Shown: piece after piece, positions 17,167 through 27,152 of the stretch
Position numbering within the stretch: the first letter of the stretch is position 1
Layout of the letters: the number at the start of each line of letters is the position of its first letter
Assembly (NCBI GenBank): GCA_963829165.1
Contig: CAWHIC010000003.1
Span: 22,186 to 86,185 of the forward strand
Origin: an uncultured Acidimicrobiia bacterium
GTDB lineage: Bacteria > Actinomycetota > Acidimicrobiia > Acidimicrobiales > AC-14
Direction: 5' to 3'
DNA length: 64,000 nt
The notes under the pieces: model-generated
Seen by the model: the letters and a program-made list of their open reading frames with translations, nothing else
Told to the model about the DNA's origin: nothing
The model's database searches: none
Program-made: the position numbers and the translations under genes

Positions 17167-17913
17167 CTACGTGTCGAACTGGGCCCAGTCTTCGGGGTTG
17201 TCCTCCACGAAGTGGTCGAGAACGGTGCCGTCGACGCCGTCGACGAGGACCAGGCCCCGCTGCTTGGGCGGCTCCTCGTTGGAGTAGAGGAGGATCCGCC
17301 ACGTCGGGCGACTGCGGAGGCCGCGCCAGCCGAGCTGGGCCGACGCGTGGCCGACGGGGAAACCGACCTGGCCGGCGGCCGCCACCAGGGCGTCGCCGTC
17401 GCGCACCGACAGGGGCCAGGCCGCTGCCAGGTGGTAGGCGCCGATGGCCAGGAGGACGACGGCTGCGCCCAGCATGCCTTCGTTGACCAGGACGGCGTCG
17501 CCGCCACGGACGGCCCACAGGACGAAGCAGGCGGTGGCCACCAGCAGGTAGACGAAGGCCGGCCACCGGCGACGACGGATGTCGGGGAACGTGTATTGGC
17601 CGACGTATGCGGTGACGTCGAGCTCGGCGGGAAGGGAGTCGCCTGCCTCACTGGCGTGGTCACCCGTCGGGGCCGGGACCGGCACGGCGTCGGGAGGCGG
17701 AATCGCGGCCGCGGCAGGGGTGGGGGCCGCGGCGGGGGGCGGTGCGGAGGCGGGGGGCGGAGCGGGGGTCATCGCTGGGGTGTGGGACGGCCCTGGGGTC
17801 GGAGTCGGAGTCGGGGTCGCGGCCGGGGTCGGGGTCGGGGGCGGAGTTGGAGGCTGGCCCGGCGCTGACGTCGGAGTCGGGGTCGGGGTGGGGGCCGGTT
17901 GATCGTCTGCCAT
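17167..17913 (-). CDS. Membrane protein with a Pro/Thr/Ala-rich N-terminus
   Basis: ATG 17913 (MADDQPAPTPTPTPT..). Two TM segments (WPAFVYLLVATACFVLWAV, GMLGAAVVLLAIGAYHLAAAW) precede a globular tail. Confidence 0.55.
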   Translation of the reverse strand: MADDQPAPTPTPTPTSAPGQPPTPPPTPTPAATPTPTPTPGPSHTPAMTPAPPPASAPPPAAAPTPAAAAIPPPDAVPVPAPTGDHASEAGDSLPAELDVTAYVGQYTFPDIRRRRWPAFVYLLVATACFVLWAVRGGDAVLVNEGMLGAAVVLLAIGAYHLAAAWPLSVRDGDALVAAAGQVGFPVGHASAQLGWRGLRSRPTWRILLYSNEEPPKQRGLVLVDGVDGTVLDHFVEDNPEDWAQFDT

Positions 17914-18157
17914 CTCGGGGGCCAGCGTACGCTCGTCCCGTGAGCGATCTGCCGCCCCCGCCGCCGGAGCCGCCGCCCCGCCCGCCACTCGAGCCGCCCG
18001 GCACGCCGCCGTCGTCCCCTTCGCCGGGACCCTCGTCCGGCCCGCCCCTCGAGCCGCCTGGCACACCGCCGTCGCCCCCATCGCCGGAACCGCCGTCCGG
18101 TCCGCAACTCGCGCCGGCCGGACCGCCGCGCCGCCAGTCGAACCGCCCCGCCCGCCA

Positions 18158-18893
18158 GTGGAGCCGCTCGGCCCGCCGTCGTCCCCGACGCCCCCTCCTC
18201 CCCCGCCTCAGCTCCCGCCGCCCCTGCCCAGCCTCCCGGCGGCGGAACGGGTGCGCATCGCCTACCAGCGTCGAATCGAGACCGACTACTTCTTCGAGTA
18301 TTGGACCGCGCTCGGCTGGACGGTGCTCACCTGCGGCATCTTCGGCTACTACGTCGTCTACCAGCTCGTTCGGCGCATGCGCGACCACAACCGGCGGCGC
18401 CTCGACCTGCTGGAGGCGGGCATCGCCTTCGCCTGGGAGCAGGCCCAGAGCCGGCCGGCGGTGGCCGACGAGCTGCGCCCGACGTTCGCGGCGATGGCCG
18501 CCAATCTGGCCGTCCTCCGCCAGATGACGTCCGAGTTCCGGGACCCGGCCATCTGGACCCTGCTCGCCGTCATCAGCAGCAGCATCTCCACCGCGGTGGC
18601 CTTCGTCCTCCTCGACAGCGACCTGGTGCGCCACACGGCCGCCGAGCGGGCGGTGCAGGCCGATCTGGGCCGGGTCTACCTCCGCCTGGGTCACGACCTC
18701 GGGACCGGTCGAGCCGCCGGCCAAGGGCCGCCACAACTACTGGGGCCGGTTCGCGGCCACCCTCTTCAGCTGCGGCCTCTACCTCTTCTGGTGGTACCAC
18801 GACCTCATGGTGGAGCCCAACCGCCACTTCGCCGAGGACTGGGCCTGGGAGGACCGGTTGGGGGCGGCCGTCTACTCCCTCTCCGCCGCCTGA
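18158..18893 (+). pseudogene. Pro-rich membrane protein with two DUF4234-like TCG[IL][FY] segments, frame broken near 18704
   Basis: The first frame gives YWTALGWTVLTCGIFGYYVVYQLVRRMRDHN. After ..LGHDLG the sensible continuation VEPPAKGRHNYWGRFAATLFSCGLYLFWWYHDLMVEPNRHF..SLSAA* lies in another frame (TGA 18891-18893). The DUF4234 assignment is from memory. Confidence 0.5.
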
Positions 18894-19037
18894 CGCCTGC
18901 CCCGGGGGGGTGCCGAGGGGGTGGTAGCCCCCCCTTACAAAATGCATGGCTGCACGGTTCCGAAACCGTCAAAATGATGACTGAATGGTGTTCACTGAAC
19001 AGTGGGTGAACGACCGGGGACCGTAGGGGGTTGGGCG

Positions 19038-21218
19038 ATGACCATGATGGAAACGGTGGACCGGCGGATTCCGGGGACCGACCCCCTGGTGGTGGCCCTC
19101 GACGACCCGGCGGCGGCGGAGTGGGAGCTCACCGGCGCCAAGGCGGCCGCCCTGGCCCGGGCCGCGGCCCGGGGACTGCCCGTGTTGGCCGGCATGGTGG
19201 TGACCACCGACGCCTTCGTCCGTCCCGAGCGCAACGTGGAGCCGGAGCTCGAGCGGGCCTGGTCGACCATGTCCGACGGCGGCCGGCGGCCGGTGGTGGT
19301 GCGGTCGTCGTCGACCATCGAGGACAACGCCGCCAGCTCGATGGCGGGGATGTTCACGTCGGTGCTCGACGTCACCTCGTGGGACGGCTTCCGGATGGCG
19401 CTCGACACCGTCCTCGCCTCCAGCAACGTCGTCGCCCTCACCGGCCCCGAAGCCCGCAGCCGGGTGCGGGCGCCCATGGCCGTGCTCGTCCAGCCCCAGC
19501 TGGCAGCCGTCGTCGGAGGCGTCCTCTTCGGCCTCGACCCTGTCTCCGGCCGCCGCGACCGGCTGGTGGTGTCGGCCAGCGAGGCCGGACCGTCGGCCGT
19601 CGTGAGCGGCGAGGTCGACGGCACCCGCTACGTCCTCTCCCGCCGGGGCCGCCGCATCGAGGCAGCCGGCGCCGGACCGCTCACCGCCGCCCAGCTCCGG
19701 CAGCTGGCCGACCTCGCCCGCCGGGCGGAGGAGGTCTTCGGCGCACCCCAGGACGTCGAGTGGGCCTTCGGGCCCGACGGCCGGCTGTGGCTGCTCCAGA
19801 GCCGGCCCATCACCGCCGCCGCCTCCGACGCGGTCGACGCCCGCGGGCCCATCCTCGGCCCGGGTCCGGTGGCGGAGACGTTCCCCGACCCCCTGTCGGC
19901 CCTGGAGGAGGACCTGTGGGTCGCCCCGCTCCGCGACGGCCTGCGCTCGGCCCTCACCCTGGCCGGCACCGCCCCCAAGCGGCGCCTGGCCACGTCGCCC
20001 GTGGTCACCACCGCCGGTGGACGGGTGGCGGCCGACCTCGAGCTGCTGGGCGCGGCCGACGGCCCCACCTCGCTGCTCCGCCGCCTCGACCCCCGGCCTC
20101 CCGCCCGCCGGCTGGTCGCCGCCTGGCGGGTCGGTCGCCTGCGGGCCGCCCTCCCCGCCCTGGCCGACGACCTGCTGGCCACCGCCGACCGCGACCTCCT
20201 CGACGTCCCCGCCCTCGACACGCTCTCCGACCGGGAGCTCCTGAGCCTGCTCGGCCGGACGGCGCCGGCGCTGGCGTCGCTCCACGGGCACGAAGTCCTC
20301 ATGGGGTGGCTCGTCACCTCCAGCGCCAACGCCACCGCCACCACCGCCGCCTCGGTCGGCCTCCGAGCGCTGGCCGCGGCCCGGACCGACGGCCTGTCCG
20401 ACGACGACATCGTGGCCGCCTACCCGGGCGTGCTGGCCCTGGTCCCGCCCCGAATCGGCTCCGCCACGGTCCTTCCCCCGACGGTTCCCGGGCTCGGCGT
20501 CGTCAACGGCGACGACCTCGGACCCGATGGGCCAGGATCCGACGGGCCGGAGCCGGACCGGGCGGCCATCCTGCGGGAGGCCCTGCGCCTGCGGGCCCGG
20601 TGGGTGCAGGAGCTGACGGCGAAGACGGCCGAGGAGCTCGGGCGGCGGCTCCAGGACAAGGGCGTCCTGGTGGCCGCCGAGCAGGTCCGCCACCTCCGCC
20701 TCGACCAGCTGACGACCGCCGTCCAGCGGGGTCGCCTGCCCGAGGGGATCGACCTCGAACACCCGGCCGGCGACGTCGTGGCGCCCCTGCCCACCCGCTT
20801 CCGCCTCACCGAGTCCGCCACGGTGGTGCCCGTCACCGCCCGGGCCCACCATTCGCGACGCCACCGCGGTCGTGCAGGGGTCGGTGCCGGGGCTGGGGCC
20901 GGCACCGGCGCCGGCGGCGGCCGGGGCATGGGTCCCGTCCACATCGGCGACGATCCCCCCGCCCGCGGCTCGGTGCTGGTCGTGCGCACCCTCGACCCGG
21001 GCCTGGCCTCCGTCCTGCCCGGCCTGGGCGGGCTGGTGGCGGAGACGGGGAGCTTCCTCTCCCACCTGGCCATCCTCGCCCGCGAGCTGGGCGTCCCCAC
21101 CGTGGTCGGCGTGGAGGACGCCCTCACCCGCTTCCCGGCGGGGACGGTCGTGGTCGTCGACGGCACCACCGGCGAGGTCAGCCGGCAGGCCAACGAGAGC
21201 GAAAGGGGTGCCGCATGA
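19038..21218 (+). CDS. PEP-utilising enzyme: PPDK_N ATP-grasp plus C-terminal swivel His domain (rifampicin-phosphotransferase-like architecture)
   Basis: VVVRSSSTIEDNAASSMAGMFTSVLDV and EWAFGPDGRLWLLQSRPIT match the PEP/pyruvate-binding domain. The C-terminus VLVVRTLDPGLASVLPGLGGLVAETGSFLSHLAILARELGVPTVVG matches the mobile domain. Start is ATG 19038 (GTG 19002 possible). Confidence 0.8.
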   Translation: MTMMETVDRRIPGTDPLVVALDDPAAAEWELTGAKAAALARAAARGLPVLAGMVVTTDAFVRPERNVEPELERAWSTMSDGGRRPVVVRSSSTIEDNAASSMAGMFTSVLDVTSWDGFRMALDTVLASSNVVALTGPEARSRVRAPMAVLVQPQLAAVVGGVLFGLDPVSGRRDRLVVSASEAGPSAVVSGEVDGTRYVLSRRGRRIEAAGAGPLTAAQLRQLADLARRAEEVFGAPQDVEWAFGPDGRLWLLQSRPITAAASDAVDARGPILGPGPVAETFPDPLSALEEDLWVAPLRDGLRSALTLAGTAPKRRLATSPVVTTAGGRVAADLELLGAADGPTSLLRRLDPRPPARRLVAAWRVGRLRAALPALADDLLATADRDLLDVPALDTLSDRELLSLLGRTAPALASLHGHEVLMGWLVTSSANATATTAASVGLRALAAARTDGLSDDDIVAAYPGVLALVPPRIGSATVLPPTVPGLGVVNGDDLGPDGPGSDGPEPDRAAILREALRLRARWVQELTAKTAEELGRRLQDKGVLVAAEQVRHLRLDQLTTAVQRGRLPEGIDLEHPAGDVVAPLPTRFRLTESATVVPVTARAHHSRRHRGRAGVGAGAGAGTGAGGGRGMGPVHIGDDPPARGSVLVVRTLDPGLASVLPGLGGLVAETGSFLSHLAILARELGVPTVVGVEDALTRFPAGTVVVVDGTTGEVSRQANESERGAA

Positions 21219-21754
21219 AAGCGGGACGCATCGCCTCCCTGTTCGGCGTGGTGGTCATGGGCGCCACCGCCCTCTACTTCTTCGTCTACCTGTGGCGGTG
21301 GGAGTGGAACCGGGCCCTGATCGCGGGCGTGCTCTTCGTGGCGGCCGAGGTGGCCATGCTCACGGTGGCGGTCCTCGACCGGATGCGCCGGCTGAGCGAC
21401 CACGTCGACGATCAGTTGGCCCGGCACGCCGACCGGCGGGGCGACCCCTGGGTCCTGGCCCGCATCCAGGAGACGGCCCCCGCCGCCCGCGACCACTTCG
21501 CCTGGCTCTCCCCCGCCCGGGGCCACACCAACGTGTTCGTCCCCGTGCTCATGGGGATGGGCGTGGTCATGTCGGCCCTGGCCTGGCTGGTGGAGAGGCT
21601 GGCCCGGGCCACCGCCGCCCCGGTGATGGAGCGGGGCCTGGCCGCCCGCATGAGCCCGTTGGCGTGGCCCGCCGACGGCTTGCTCGTCCCCATCGCCCTC
21701 GACGAGCCGTCGGATCTGCTGGCCCGTCCCGTCCGCCGCGATCCCCGGCCGTGA
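21215..21754 (+). CDS. Membrane protein (3-4 TM), unknown function
   Basis: ATG 21215 overlaps the upstream stop (ATGA). MKAGRIASLFGVVVMGATALYFFVYLW..; sits in the frame of track ORF 19031..21754. Confidence 0.6.
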   Translation: MKAGRIASLFGVVVMGATALYFFVYLWRWEWNRALIAGVLFVAAEVAMLTVAVLDRMRRLSDHVDDQLARHADRRGDPWVLARIQETAPAARDHFAWLSPARGHTNVFVPVLMGMGVVMSALAWLVERLARATAAPVMERGLAARMSPLAWPADGLLVPIALDEPSDLLARPVRRDPRP

Positions 21755-22143
21755 AGCGGGCGGCCATCATCCTCCTGGGCATGGCCGCCCTGGCCGTGTT
21801 CGTCGATGTCCTCGGCGACCTCACCCAGGACCGGCCCGACACCGTCGTCCCCGGGGCCCGGAGCGAGATCGTGCTCGACCTGCGCACCCAGGACTACCTG
21901 GGCTCGCCCCTGAGCGCGGCCCAGGGCCTGTGGGGGGCCTGCTCGGGCACCGTCACCCAGCAGCTGCTCGACCCCGGCGTGGTCGACCTGGGCGAGGGCC
22001 GCTACCGGCTGGTCACCGACCGGGCGGTGGGCGAGCACTCGTGGCGTCGCCTCCAGGGCTGCCTGGAGGACGCCACCATCGACCGGGTCACGGCCGAGGT
22101 GGTGTCGAAGCGGGACCTGCTGCCTACCGCCGCCGTCGGATAA
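21751..22143 (+). CDS. Membrane-anchored small protein, unknown function
   Basis: GTG 21751 overlaps the upstream stop (GTGA). VKRAAIILLGMAALAVFVDVL is followed by a soluble domain with two Cys. Confidence 0.55.
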   Translation: MKRAAIILLGMAALAVFVDVLGDLTQDRPDTVVPGARSEIVLDLRTQDYLGSPLSAAQGLWGACSGTVTQQLLDPGVVDLGEGRYRLVTDRAVGEHSWRRLQGCLEDATIDRVTAEVVSKRDLLPTAAVG

Positions 22144-22149
22144 CGCCAG

Positions 22150-22782
22150 CTAGCCGACACGGCTCCAGAGCCGGCGGGGGGCGTCGAGCACCCGGCTGAC
22201 GGCGGTGAGCACGGAGTTGGGGCGGTCGATGTCGCCCGCCTTGAGGCCCACCACGAAGGCCAGCTGCTCCAGGCTGGGGGGGCCGATGGCCAGGTTGCGG
22301 CGGAGGGCGGTGCCCCGGCCGACGTCGGACTGCTCGACCAGGTAGGCGCCGACCATGGCCCCGGTGCGCCCCACCCCGGCCCCGCAGTGGACGAACACGG
22401 TGCCCCCCGACTCCGCGGTGGCGGCGAGGAACTGTCGGACCTTGTCCATCGACGGCGCCTGGCCGTCACGGATGGGGATGCTCACCAGGCGCATGCCCAG
22501 GTCGGACACCAGCTTGCCGTCGGCCTCGATCCCGTCCTCGGCCCGGAGGTCGACCACCGTCGTCACCCCGGCCGCGGCCAGGCTGCGGTACCCCTCCGCC
22601 GACGGCGCCCCGCCCCGCCACACGTGGCTGTCGACGGCCTTGAGGTTGGAAATGCCGGCGACGTCGTCGACGGGCACCGAGGAGATGTTGCCCTGGGCCC
22701 AGAGGGAGGCGGCCAGGATGGCGAGGTTGCCCAGCACCAGGAACACGGCCGTGCCGGCGACCAGCTTGATCCCCACCGACAT
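22150..22782 (-). CDS. Membrane-anchored Cys-based protein tyrosine / dual-specificity phosphatase
   Basis: CX5R P-loop VHCGAGVGRTG. N-terminal TM (LVAGTAVFLVLGNLAILAASLW). Start at ATG 22782. Confidence 0.75.
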   Translation of the reverse strand: MSVGIKLVAGTAVFLVLGNLAILAASLWAQGNISSVPVDDVAGISNLKAVDSHVWRGGAPSAEGYRSLAAAGVTTVVDLRAEDGIEADGKLVSDLGMRLVSIPIRDGQAPSMDKVRQFLAATAESGGTVFVHCGAGVGRTGAMVGAYLVEQSDVGRGTALRRNLAIGPPSLEQLAFVVGLKAGDIDRPNSVLTAVSRVLDAPRRLWSRVG

Positions 22783-22890
22783 GCATTTTCTGGGAATTGG
22801 GCTTCTGGGCATTGGCGGCACCGTGGGAGAACGCTGGCAGCCGGGGCCGGCTGCCGTCAAAGTGAGTCTCGGCAGGCGACGGTGCCGGCC

Positions 22891-23415
22891 TTAGCCGGTT
22901 TCTATCCCCGGCCAGCTCTGGCGAACCCGCGCCAGCGTCTCGGGCAGCGACTCGGGCAGCACCCGGGTCTCGGCCACCGTGGTCATGAAATTGGTGTCGC
23001 CGTCCCACCGGGGGACGCAGTGGAAGTGGAAGTGGGCGGGGATCCCTGCCCCCGCGGGCCGGCCCAGGTTGGCCCCCAGGTTGAGGCCGTGGGGCCGGTA
23101 GGCGGCCTTGAGGGCGGTCACGCCGGCCACCACCGCTGACCACAGCGCCGCCCCCTCGGCCGGGTCGAGGTCCTCCACCTCGGCCACGTGGCGGACGGGC
23201 ATCACCAGCAGGTGGCCCGACGTATAGGGGTAGGCGTTGAGGATGGCGGCCACCTTGTCGTCCCGCCAGACGACGTTGGTCTCCTCGGGGGGGCCGTCGC
23301 TGGCCAGGATGCGGCAGAAGACGCACGACCCCTCGGTCCGGTCGTCGGGATCCTCCGCCGCGGCCCGGGTGACGTACTCCTGGCGCCAACCGGCCCACAG
23401 CCGCTCGAGGGTCAC
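22891..23415 (-). CDS. HIT-superfamily protein (Ap4A phosphorylase / GalT-like branch)
   Basis: HFHFHCVPRW histidine triad, HLLVMPVRHV. It lies immediately downstream of thrS, as M. tuberculosis Rv2613c does relative to Rv2614c (from memory). Confidence 0.8.
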   Translation of the reverse strand: MTLERLWAGWRQEYVTRAAAEDPDDRTEGSCVFCRILASDGPPEETNVVWRDDKVAAILNAYPYTSGHLLVMPVRHVAEVEDLDPAEGAALWSAVVAGVTALKAAYRPHGLNLGANLGRPAGAGIPAHFHFHCVPRWDGDTNFMTTVAETRVLPESLPETLARVRQSWPGIETG

Positions 23416-23425
23416 ACGTCGGGGA

Positions 23426-25375
23426 TCACGACTTGGTGGCTACCTCGTCGACCAGGCGGGCCAGGAAGTCGTCGACGGCCACGCCCCGCTCCACCTCGCC
23501 GCCCCGGGGGTTGACCCCGACGGTGCCGGCGGCCACGTCGGCGTCTCCCACCACCAGGATGTAGGGCAGCTTCTCCAGCTTGGCCTTGCGGATGCGGCCG
23601 CCCAGGGGCTCGTCGGCCGCCACCGTGTCGGCCCGCAGGCCGGCCGCCTTCAGCTTCTCGACCACCGAGTCGGCGTAGTCCTGGTGGTCGTCGCGCACAC
23701 CGAGCACCCGGGCCTGCACCGGCGACAGCCAGGCCGGCAGGGCGCCCGCGTAGTGCTCGAGGAGGATCCCGAAGAAGCGCTCGACCGAGCCGAAGAGGGC
23801 CCGGTGGATCATGAACGGTCGGTGGCGCTGGTTGTCGGCGCCCACGAACTCCATGTCGAAGCGCTGCGGCATCTGCAGGTCGACCTGGAGGGTGGAGATC
23901 TGCCACCGGCGGCCGATGGCGTCCTTCACGTGCACGTCGATCTTGGGGGCGTAGAAGGCCCCCTCGCCCTCGGCCAGCTTGTAGGGGATCCCCACGCCCT
24001 CGAGCGCCTCCCGCAGGGCGGCGGTGGCTACCTCCCACTCCTCGGGCTCGCCCACGTACTTCTCGGGCCGGGTGGCCAGCTCGGCCTCGAAGTCGGTCAG
24101 GCCGAAGGTGGCCAGGATGCGCAGGACGAAGGCCAGCAGCGAGGTCAGCTCGCCGGCCAGCTGGTCGGGGGCGACGAAGATGTGGGAGTCGTCCTGGGTG
24201 ATGCCCCGCACCCGGGTGAGGCCGTGGAGCACGCCCGAGCGCTCGAAGCGGTACACCGTGCCCAGCTCGAACAGCCGCAGCGGCAGCTCCCGGTAGGACC
24301 GGGCCTGCGACTTGTAGATGAGGATGTGCATGGGGCAGTTCATGGGCTTCGGGTAGTAGGTGGCGCCCTCCATCTCCATGGGGGGGTACATGCCGTCGGC
24401 GTACCAACCGAGGTGGCCCGAGATCTCGAAGAGGGTCGACTTCGACAGGTGGGGCGTGAAGACGAAGTCGTAGCCGGCCTTCTCGTGCTCGTCCCGGGAG
24501 TAGTCCTCCATCAGCTTGCGGATGAGGCCGCCCTTGGGGTGGAAGACGGGCAGGCCGCCGCCGATCTCGGGCGGGAAGTGGAACAGGTCGAGCTCGACGC
24601 CCAGCTTGCGGTGGTCGCGGCGCTCGGCCTCCTCCAGCCGGTGGAGGTGCTCGCCCAGGGCCTTGTCGGACTCCCAGGCGGTGCCGTAGATGCGCTGGAG
24701 CTGGTCGCGGTGCTCGTCGCCCCGCCAGTAGGCGCCCGAGACCCGCATGAGCTTGAACGAGCCCAGGCGCTTGGTGGTCGGGACGTGGGGGCCGCGGCAC
24801 AGGTCGGCCCAAGCCCCAGAATCAACACCGTTTTTGTACACGCTGACCTCGCCGCCCTCGGCGCCCTCGGCGGGGTCGACGCCCTCGATGATCTCGACCT
24901 TGAACGGCTGGTCGGCGAAGCGGGCCAGGCCCTCCTCCCGGGACAGCTCCTCCCGGACGAAGGGCTGGTCCTCGGCCACGATCTCCCGCATGCGGGCCTC
25001 GATGCGGACGAGGTCGTCGTCGGTGAAGTGGGCCTCGCCGGGGAGGGCGAAGTCGTAGTAGAAGCCGTCCTCGATGGCGGGGCCGATGGCGTACTTGGCC
25101 CCCGGGAAGAGGTCGGTGACGGCCTGGGCCATCACGTGGGCGGTGGAGTGGCGCAGGACGTAACGGCCCTCGTCGGTGTTCGACGTGATGATGGCGACGG
25201 TCGCGCCGTCGGGGAGGGGCGTGGTGAGGTCGGCCTGTCGCCCGTCGACGGTGGCCGCCACCGCCGCCTTGGCCAGTCCCCGGCCGATGCTGGCGGCCAG
25301 ATCGGCGGCGGTGGCGCCTTCACGGAGGGTGCGGGCGGAACCATCGGGCAGCTTTACTGAAATCTCTTCCGGCAT
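23426..25375 (-). CDS. thrS: Threonine--tRNA ligase
   Basis: 649 aa. TGS domain, editing-domain HSTAHVMAQAV, class II core (FYAPKIDVHVKD, HRALFGSVERFFGILLEHYAG) and an anticodon-binding C-terminus. Confidence 0.95.
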   Translation of the reverse strand: MPEEISVKLPDGSARTLREGATAADLAASIGRGLAKAAVAATVDGRQADLTTPLPDGATVAIITSNTDEGRYVLRHSTAHVMAQAVTDLFPGAKYAIGPAIEDGFYYDFALPGEAHFTDDDLVRIEARMREIVAEDQPFVREELSREEGLARFADQPFKVEIIEGVDPAEGAEGGEVSVYKNGVDSGAWADLCRGPHVPTTKRLGSFKLMRVSGAYWRGDEHRDQLQRIYGTAWESDKALGEHLHRLEEAERRDHRKLGVELDLFHFPPEIGGGLPVFHPKGGLIRKLMEDYSRDEHEKAGYDFVFTPHLSKSTLFEISGHLGWYADGMYPPMEMEGATYYPKPMNCPMHILIYKSQARSYRELPLRLFELGTVYRFERSGVLHGLTRVRGITQDDSHIFVAPDQLAGELTSLLAFVLRILATFGLTDFEAELATRPEKYVGEPEEWEVATAALREALEGVGIPYKLAEGEGAFYAPKIDVHVKDAIGRRWQISTLQVDLQMPQRFDMEFVGADNQRHRPFMIHRALFGSVERFFGILLEHYAGALPAWLSPVQARVLGVRDDHQDYADSVVEKLKAAGLRADTVAADEPLGGRIRKAKLEKLPYILVVGDADVAAGTVGVNPRGGEVERGVAVDDFLARLVDEVATKS

Positions 25376-25465
25376 GATGCGTCGAGGTTACCGGCGGGGC
25401 GGGGCAGCCCCGGATGAGAATCGTTCGTCCGCCTCAGGGGACGAGTTCCCGTCCGCTGGCACCGC

Positions 25466-27087
25466 TCAGGGGCCGTGGCCGGAGGCTCGGAGTGGGTTCG
25501 GCTGGGCCACGTAGGCGCTGGCGGCACCGTTCGCACGTGTCCAGCGCAGGAGCATGTTCGTCTTGGCGGGCATGTCCTGGCTGTCGACCAGGGCACGGAC
25601 CTCGCGGGCCGCGCCGTGGTCGTGGCCGTAGGTGAGGAAGGCATCTCGGGCCACGGCCCAGATGTCCGCCGCGAGGGTGGGGTGGCGTTCGACCACCGCC
25701 CCCGCCATCTCGTGCAGGTGGTTGGTGACGAGGCAGTACTGGAGCCGCTGCAGTGCCCGCTCCGCGTCGAGGCCCCGGCCGAGCGCGCGGTGACCGTCGA
25801 TCTGCCGCAGCAGGGCGGCGTGACGGGAGGCGATCAGGCGCACCCCCTCGTGGTCGCGGAAGATCGCCTGGACGGGCATACCGTCGGAGTCGACGCCCAC
25901 CAGGACGTTCTGGAGGTGGCATTCGAGCACCACGCCGTGGTGGACGTACGCGTGCAGGGCGGGCGGCACGACGACGGCGAGGTAGCGCCCCCACCAGGTC
26001 GCGCGGCGTCGGCGTCCAGCCCGTCGAGCGGGTTGCCGGCGAAGCCTTCGCTGATCCCCGCGGCGAGGACCGGGGTGACACCCGGCGCCACGTGCGCTCG
26101 GACTCCGTCACGGACGATCACCGCCAGGCCCTCGTACATGTCCACGTCGCCCACGTCGACCGTCCGGTAGCCGCGGTCGATCAGGAAGGCCGAACCGGGA
26201 GAGACGGTGGCGACGTCGGCAAAGACCGTTCGCAGGAGCCGGGCGAGGGGCGTGACCCAGCTCAGGTCGTACCGCCACAGGCGGCGGACGTCGTTCGTGA
26301 TCCGCACGTCGAGGCTGAACTTGAGGAACACGGCGGCGGCGGGATCGAACACCGTCCGCACCGACGACGTCGGCCACACCGAGTGGTCGGCCGTCCCGAG
26401 CCGGACGAACAGACGGCCGTCGCCCGGCGCGGACAGCGCGGGCAGGAGGGTCAGCTGCCACGGGTGGGCGGGCAGCAGCCGGTATCCGTCGGGGATGCCG
26501 ACGCCCAGCCCGTCCAGGGGCGCGGTGTCGCCTTCGTCGGCCACGGCGTCAGCCCGAACCCCCAAGTAGTGCAGTGGGAAGCTGGCGTGGGCTTCCGGCG
26601 CGCAGGGCAGCCAGTGCTCGGCCGGAATTCCACCCCGTGCCTTCGGAGCCGGGTGGTACCGGTGCCCGGCGACGAGGGCCTGCTCCGAGCGCCGGTACAG
26701 CTCGGACGGCACCGCGGCGTCGGCCCGGGCCCGCAGCATCGCCGTGATCGCGTTGCGGCTGTCCGCGATCTCGGCGAGGAACTCGTCCGCGGCCACGCCC
26801 GAGTGCCGGGTCAGCTCCTCGGCCACCGCGTGGGCAAGCTCGGACCAGGTCAGCGGCTGCCAGATCCCGCCCCCGAACCGTTCGGGGTCCGATGTCCATC
26901 GTCCGTGGCGGGCCCGCAGCAGGGTCCCTGTACGCGGCAACTCGATCGTCGTGTGGGTGCCGTCGCTCACCAGCCGTCCACCCACGGCCGTGACCTCCCG
27001 CCGGAGGCAGTTCAGGACCGCGGTGCCCGTGATCGTGTCCGCTCGTCGTTCCCAGCCGTCATGCGCTCCGTTGCCGTTCCGGTCCAC
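25466..27087 (-). pseudogene. IucA/IucC-family (NIS) siderophore synthetase, frame broken at a C5 run near 25988-25992
   Basis: N-part (ORF 25834..27168): HRYHPAPKARG, FLKFSLDVRITNDVRRL. C-part (ORF 25466..25969): HHGVVLECHLQNVLVGV..FRDHEGVRL. The two frames join at ..LDADAA / WWGRYLAVVV. Start is uncertain (GTG 27087 chosen). Confidence 0.7.
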
Positions 27088-27152
27088 GAGCGGTGTGCCA
27101 GCCTGGGGCCCAGTCGTGGTCAATCTCGTGCAACCGGCATAGGTGCGGGGAC

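Noticed and set aside
18969-21754. Very long track ORFs (18969..21065 minus, 698 aa; 19031..21754 plus, 907 aa) overlapping the PEP-utilising enzyme gene
   Set aside because: They are Arg/Pro/Gly-rich with no motifs, which is typical of shadow ORFs in ~75-80% G+C DNA. Only the C-terminal 179 codons of the 907-aa frame (from ATG 21215) look like a real membrane protein.
23237-25360. 707-aa plus-strand ORF antisense to thrS. Similar antisense or alternative-frame giants occur at 42053..43819, 45552..47288, 53598..55031, 54847..56526, 59425..61074 and 62052..63227.
   Set aside because: Each lies opposite or out of frame to a gene with unambiguous conserved motifs and has low-complexity G/R/P/A/V/D composition. 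These are high-GC shadow ORFs.
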